Shown one piece after another: positions 34,425 through 40,188 of a stretch of 40,188 nt of DNA. The translations under genes were made by a program, and so were the position numbers. Each line of letters starts with the position of its first letter. The stretch's first letter is position 1. The DNA lies in assembly GCA_052032035.1 (NCBI GenBank), contig JBPEXC010000361.1, positions 1-40,188 on the forward strand, in the 5' to 3' direction. The notes under the pieces are model-generated. The model saw nothing but the letters and a program-made list of their open reading frames with translations, was not told the DNA's origin and did no database searches. This stretch comes from Acidimicrobiales bacterium (GTDB lineage Bacteria; Actinomycetota; Acidimicrobiia; Acidimicrobiales; SZUA-35).

Positions 34425-34457
34425 TGCCAACGAACCGAATCCGCCGGTTCATTGGCA
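34425..34457. repeat. 13-bp inverted repeat (hairpin) unrelated to the REP-like family
   Basis: TGCCAACGAACCG-AATCCGC-CGGTTCATTGGCA, with 12 of 13 positions complementary. CCAACGAACC recurs at about 34517. Confidence 0.6.
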
Positions 34458-34541
34458 ACAAGGAACCGCATACGGCACGAACCCGCCAACAAATCCGGAT
34501 CGGCGGCACGATGTCACCAACGAACCACCCACCCGCGGGGA

Positions 34542-34684
34542 CCGCCGCCGCTTCAAGGGATTGGGTCAACCACGCGGCTCTCGGCGCCCGCACAACGACC
34601 CAACGCCGAACACCGCCGCCGCTTCGAGGGATTGGGTCGATCACACGGCCCCAGGCACCCGCTCACCGACCCAATGCCGGAACG
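34542..34684. repeat. tandem 71-nt duplication carrying REP-like copies E and F
   Basis: The units begin CCGCCGCCGCTTCRAGGGATTGGGTC at 34542 and 34613. REP cores lie at 34557-34608 and 34628-34680 and end in CGACCCAAYGCCG. Confidence 0.85.
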
Positions 34685-34721
34685 CCATCGCCCGAACGCG
34701 AGGCGGCCGGGCACGTGGGGA

Positions 34722-34757
34722 GCAGTCAGTCGTCGAGGCAGTCGGTCGGCGAGGCAG

Positions 34758-34769
<12 letters not shown>
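34722..34769. repeat. three tandem copies of a 16-nt unit spanning the lepA stop codon
   Basis: GCAGTCAGTCGTCGAG / GCAGTCGGTCGGCGAG / GCAGTCAGTCGTCGAG. The third copy contains the last 3 codons and the stop of lepA (minus strand). Confidence 0.85.
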
Positions 34770-36554
<1,785 letters not shown>

Positions 36555-36696
36555 GACCCGTCGAACGCTATCCGCATTCGACGGCGACCGATCGACGTGC
36601 GGAACTGGCCTCGGGTGCCGCTAGCCTTGGACAGCCGCGTCGGCCGAGTGCCGCGCCCAGATCTCACTTCACCCCGTCCCCCGAAAAGGACATCTC

Positions 36697-36954
36697 GTGG
36701 CCAACATCAAGAGCCAGATCAAGCGCAACCGCCAGAACGAGAAGCGTCGCCTCCGCAACCGCGCCGTGCGCGCCGAGCTCCTCACCCGTGAGAAGAGCGC
36801 CGAGGCCGCCGCCGGCACCGACAACGAGGCCGAGGCCCTGCGTCTCGCCATCAAGCGGATCGACAAGGCCGCCCAGAAGGGTGTCCTCCACAAGAAGGCC
36901 GCCGCCCGCCGCAAGAGCCGCCTCGTGGCTCGCGTGCGCAGCGCCTCCGCCTGA
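36697..36954 (+). CDS. rpsT: 30S ribosomal protein S20
   Basis: MANIKSQIKRNRQNEKRRLRNRAVR... with a GTG start. The adjacency to holA is conserved in actinobacteria. Confidence 0.93.
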   Translation: MANIKSQIKRNRQNEKRRLRNRAVRAELLTREKSAEAAAGTDNEAEALRLAIKRIDKAAQKGVLHKKAAARRKSRLVARVRSASA

Positions 36955-36968
36955 CCCACCCCGTCATC

Positions 36969-37005
36969 GGTCGCCCGATCTCGGGCGACCTCCCCGGCGG
37001 TCGCC
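36969..37005. terminator. GC-rich stem-loop(s) between convergent rpsT and holA (terminator-like, no clear U tract)
   Basis: GGTCGCCC-GATCTC-GGGCGACC forms an 8-bp stem. The middle arm can alternatively pair with GGTCGCC at 36999-37005. Confidence 0.45.
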
Positions 37006-37018
37006 GACGCGACGATCC

Positions 37019-38026
37019 CTATCGGGACAGTCGAGCGAGGCGAGCGACCAGGACTTCCAACAGCGCCTCCCCCGGGATGGCGCTGTTGCCGCGTAGATCG
37101 AGATCCGCGTCGGCCAGCAGGGTGATCGCCTGCCGCACCCGCGCCGACCCGAGCCGCCGGGACAGGCCGAGCGCCTTCTTGGCCGGGAACGTCGAGCCGG
37201 TCATGCCGAGATGGGCGGCCGCCGCCTTCTCGTCGCCCACCGGCGCCCCGTCCAGGGCGAGCGCCCGCTGGTAGTGGTTGTGGAGCGTGGCCAGCAGCGC
37301 CAGCCCGTGGCGGTCGCCGGCCCGGGTCATGCGATGCATGCGCTCGAGCGCCAGGTTGATGTCGCCCGAGTCGATCGCATCGGTCAGCTCCCAGGGCGGC
37401 ACGTCGGACGCCTGCCCGAGGAACGGCTCGACGTCGGCCGCCGACACCGCGGCGCCGTCACCGAAGGTCGAGACCAGGGTGGCGACAATCGCGTCGACCC
37501 GACCGACGTCGTCGCCGACCATGTCGGCCAGGCGCTTGCGGGCGCCGGCCTCGAACCGGATCGGGGCCTCGGCCAGCTTGGCCTCCAGCAGCATGCGCCG
37601 GCCCTTGCCCTTCGGCGCCGCGTCGACCTCGAGGGCGCCGACCTTCTTGAGGGCGTCCTTCAGCGCCTTGGGCACCGCCGACATCTTCGAGTGCGACCCG
37701 GGCGCCTTCTCCCACACCAACACGAGGTCGGTCGTCGGCGCCGGATCCTCGAGGTACTCGACCAGCCCGAGCACCTGCTCCTTGCGAGAGAACTGGGCCA
37801 GGTGACGCCCGACGACCACGCGACGCTCGGTGAGGAACGGCGGGGTGTGGGCGGCGGTGACCAACGCCGTGAGGTCGGCCTCGGCGTCGTCGGGGGCGTA
37901 GTTGGTCTCGGTGAGCTCCTCGACCATCAGCGTCCGGTCGGCGTCGCCGACCAGCTCGGTCAACGCGGTCTGCACCGCCTGACTCACGAGGGTGGCGTCG
38001 TCGCCCTTGATCAGGCGGACGCTCAC
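37019..38026 (-). CDS. holA: DNA polymerase III subunit delta (HolA)
   Basis: 335 aa from the GTG at 38026 (VSVRLIKGDD...), overlapping the folP-like stop as GTGA. Length, N-terminal pattern and position next to rpsT match actinobacterial holA. Sequence motifs are weak, as is usual for delta. Confidence 0.72.
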   Translation of the reverse strand: MSVRLIKGDDATLVSQAVQTALTELVGDADRTLMVEELTETNYAPDDAEADLTALVTAAHTPPFLTERRVVVGRHLAQFSRKEQVLGLVEYLEDPAPTTDLVLVWEKAPGSHSKMSAVPKALKDALKKVGALEVDAAPKGKGRRMLLEAKLAEAPIRFEAGARKRLADMVGDDVGRVDAIVATLVSTFGDGAAVSAADVEPFLGQASDVPPWELTDAIDSGDINLALERMHRMTRAGDRHGLALLATLHNHYQRALALDGAPVGDEKAAAAHLGMTGSTFPAKKALGLSRRLGSARVRQAITLLADADLDLRGNSAIPGEALLEVLVARLARLSR

Positions 38027-38904
38027 GACAGCGACCAGGCCTCGGCCACCGGCACGGTCGGCAGGGCGGCCCCACCCCGGCGGACCAGCAGTTCGGCCAT
38101 GATGTCGGCGAGCCGCCGGGACGCCTTCACGTCGTGGGCCCGCAGCAGCCGGCACCCGTGGGCGATGCCGACGACGTGGGCCGCCATCGTGCCGGCCCCG
38201 ATGTCGTGACGGTCGGTGTCGAGCAGCTCGAACAGGAACCGCTTGTTGGAGGCCGACAGCAGCAACGGGTAGCCGAGGGTGGCGAGGTCGGCGGATCGGT
38301 GGAGCAACTCGAGCGACTGGTGCGCCACCTTGCCGAGGTCGAGGCCGGCGTCGACCACGATCCGCTGGGGCGGGATGCCGGCGGCGAGGGCCTCATCGAC
38401 GCGATCGGCCAGGAAGGCGCGGATGTCGCCCACCAGGTCGCCGTAGACGGGATCGGGGTCGGGGATCCGGGGCCCGAGCCGGATGTGGGTGGCGATCACC
38501 GACGCGTCGCCGGCGGCGGCGACGGGGAGGTAGTCGGGATCGGCGAACCCGCTGATGTCGTTGCCGACGTCCGCGCCGACGGCGAGGCACTGCCGCAGCA
38601 CCTCGGCCCGCCACGTGTCGATCGAGATCGGCACGTCGAATCGACGGCGGAGCGCCTCGACGGCGGGCACGACACGCTCGAGCTCCATTTCGAGGGTCAC
38701 CTCCTCACCGGGCCCGGCCTTCACCCCGCCGACGTCGAGGAGGTCGGCGCCGTCGTCGACGAGCCCCTCCGCCTTGGCCAGGAAGTCGTCGAAGCCCCAG
38801 TACTGCCCGGCGTCGTAGAACGAGTCCGGCGTACGGTTGAGGATCCCCATCACGAGGGCGCGATGGGTGACGTCGAAGCGGTGGGTGCCCAACTCCAGAA
38901 GCAC
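38023..38904 (-). CDS. folP: dihydropteroate synthase-like protein (diverged, FolP2-type paralog)
   Basis: GILNRTPDSFYDAG, ISIDTW, NDISG and RAHDV match the DHPS fold. The loop-2 and other motifs are diverged: DVGGVKAGPG, DAGLDLGK, SASNKRF. Confidence 0.8.
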   Translation of the reverse strand: MLLELGTHRFDVTHRALVMGILNRTPDSFYDAGQYWGFDDFLAKAEGLVDDGADLLDVGGVKAGPGEEVTLEMELERVVPAVEALRRRFDVPISIDTWRAEVLRQCLAVGADVGNDISGFADPDYLPVAAAGDASVIATHIRLGPRIPDPDPVYGDLVGDIRAFLADRVDEALAAGIPPQRIVVDAGLDLGKVAHQSLELLHRSADLATLGYPLLLSASNKRFLFELLDTDRHDIGAGTMAAHVVGIAHGCRLLRAHDVKASRRLADIMAELLVRRGGAALPTVPVAEAWSLS

Positions 38905-38913
38905 CCCGGCAAC

Positions 38914-39789
38914 CTACCGGGCGTCGGCGACGGGGCGGGCCTGCTGGAGGAACGTCTCGACCGCGGAGCCGAACACGTCGTTGCGATCCCCGGCGATCAT
39001 GTGGGCGGCACCGGCCACGTCGACGTAGTCGGCGTGGGGCACCAGCTCGAGGAACAGGGCGACCTGCTCGTCGGTGACGAGGTCGCTCAGCTTGCCCCGC
39101 ACCAGCAGGGTCGGCAGCGAGATGGTGCGAGCGGCCTCGACGAGGCGGTCATGGCGGCCGTCCTCCGAGGAGACGGCGCGGCTCCCGCCGACGAAGGCGG
39201 GGTCCCAGTGCCACCGCCAGCGGCCGTCGTCGCCCTGGCGGAGGTTCTTCGCCAGGCCGCTGGTGTCCTTGGGCCGGGTGCGGTGGGGCTGGTAGGCGGC
39301 GACGGCGTCGGCCGCCTCGTCGAGGGAGGCGAACCCGGCCGCCGAGGTCTCGGCCATGAAGGTGAGGATGCGGTCGACGCCGGCGTCGGCCGGCTTCGGC
39401 GTGATGTCGACCAGCACCAGCGCCCAGAAGGCATCGGGTCGGGCCGCGACCGCCGACATCCCGGTCGACCCGCCGAGCGACGCCCCGACCCAGGCGACCG
39501 GCGCGCCGACCCGGTCGACGACGGCGAGAGCATCGTCGCGGTAGGCGTCCATCGTGTAGTTGCCGTCGCCGGCCCAGGTCGAGTCGCCGTGGCCCCGCAG
39601 GTCGAGGCTCCAGACGTCGTGGCCGTCGGCGGCCAGCCGGGCGGCGGTGGTGCCCCACGAGTGCCGGGTCTGTCCGCCGCCGTGGGCGAGCACGACCGGG
39701 GGCCCGTCACCACGCCAGCGATCTGCGACCAGGACGACTCCGTCGCCGACGTCGATGCGTTCCTGACCGGAGGCTGCGGGGGTGCTCAT
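38914..39789 (-). CDS. alpha/beta hydrolase
   Basis: VVLAHGGGQTRHSW, LRGHGDS, GASLGGS nucleophile elbow, and a C-terminal AAHM His. I preferred the ATG at 39789 to the TTG at 39825. Confidence 0.8.
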   Translation of the reverse strand: MSTPAASGQERIDVGDGVVLVADRWRGDGPPVVLAHGGGQTRHSWGTTAARLAADGHDVWSLDLRGHGDSTWAGDGNYTMDAYRDDALAVVDRVGAPVAWVGASLGGSTGMSAVAARPDAFWALVLVDITPKPADAGVDRILTFMAETSAAGFASLDEAADAVAAYQPHRTRPKDTSGLAKNLRQGDDGRWRWHWDPAFVGGSRAVSSEDGRHDRLVEAARTISLPTLLVRGKLSDLVTDEQVALFLELVPHADYVDVAGAAHMIAGDRNDVFGSAVETFLQQARPVADAR

Positions 39790-39837
39790 CGGGCGAGCTT
39801 GCCGCGGCGACCCTTCGAGAGCCAAAACGACTGTCGG

Positions 39838-40188
39838 TCAGCGGGAGAGCGTGCGGGTGGTGGTCGAGCGCGGCACATCGCCCTTCGCTCGGGGCAGGGT
39901 GCCGAACAGTCGGTCGCCGGTGCGAGCCGTCACCCCCAACCAGTACTGCTCGTTGCGGTGGTGGTGGAGCCGATGGTGCCGGTCGAGGGCGGCGTAGAAC
40001 CGGCTCGACGGGCGGTAGGCGGAGTGGACCAGGAGGTGGACGAACTCGTAGTGGGTGAGGGCGACGGCGGCCACCGACCAGCCGGTGAGCGCCGTGGCGA
40101 TCACGGGGGCGCCGAGCGCCAGGGCCACCACGCTCGACACGACGCCGGACACCACGCCGAAGCCGAGCAGCGCACCCCCGGCCTCGCG
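39838..40188 (-). CDS. fatty acid hydroxylase/sterol desaturase superfamily membrane protein, C-terminal part (5' end outside the window)
   Basis: Histidine boxes HLLVH and HHRLHHH follow hydrophobic segments. The reading frame stays open to the window edge. Confidence 0.65.
   Translation of the reverse strand, partial: REAGGALLGFGVVSGVVSSVVALALGAPVIATALTGWSVAAVALTHYEFVHLLVHSAYRPSSRFYAALDRHHRLHHHRNEQYWLGVTARTGDRLFGTLPRAKGDVPRSTTTRTLSR

Noticed and set aside
34255-34684. Possible CRISPR array, suggested by the regular 71-72-nt periodicity
   Set aside because: There are only two units per cluster. The conserved part is an about 50-nt internally palindromic element with about 20-nt variable linkers, rather than 28-37-nt repeats with similar-sized spacers. 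No cas genes are present in the window.

Overview
GC-rich window (about 70% G+C by eye, not computed) that looks like an Actinomycetota-type chromosomal core. It holds about 40 genes, most in conserved housekeeping operons. On the minus strand these are hrcA-dnaJ-rsmE, phoH-ybeY-CBS/hemolysin-era (overlapping stop/start codons), uppS-recO, glyQS-dnaG-rpoD followed directly by an ECF sigma/VOC-protein pair, lepA, and a folP-like gene overlapping holA; rpsT is on the plus strand. Metabolic genes are interspersed: alpha/beta hydrolases, a molybdopterin oxidoreductase, an acyl-CoA dehydrogenase, SelO, a type III CoA-transferase, an O-methyltransferase, a lysophospholipase and a photolyase. There are two clean tRNAs (Met-CAT, Asn-GTT) and one aberrant tRNA-like element at the left edge. 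I saw no integrase, transposase, CRISPR/cas, restriction, toxin-antitoxin or other recognisable defence or mobile genes, so I cannot support a novel multi-gene system here. The items most worth a second look are: (1) an about 50-nt palindromic REP-like repeat family that always occurs as direct pairs 71-72 nt apart, at 4855-4975 and four copies in the 500-nt lepA-phr spacer; (2) the tRNA-like element with a perfect 3' half and a non-tRNA 5' half; (3) an ECF sigma translationally coupled to a soluble two-domain VOC protein with a 55-aa N-terminal extension, immediately downstream of rpoD; (4) a BldD-type regulator that keeps the RxD-X8-RxxD c-di-GMP signature, convergent with a kinase-fold protein whose catalytic residues are replaced; (5) 62-nt tandem repeats plus a G8 tract downstream of tRNA-Met; (6) a FolP2-like diverged DHPS paralog coupled to holA. 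Many long ORFs in the track are antisense artefacts of the high GC content and were rejected.
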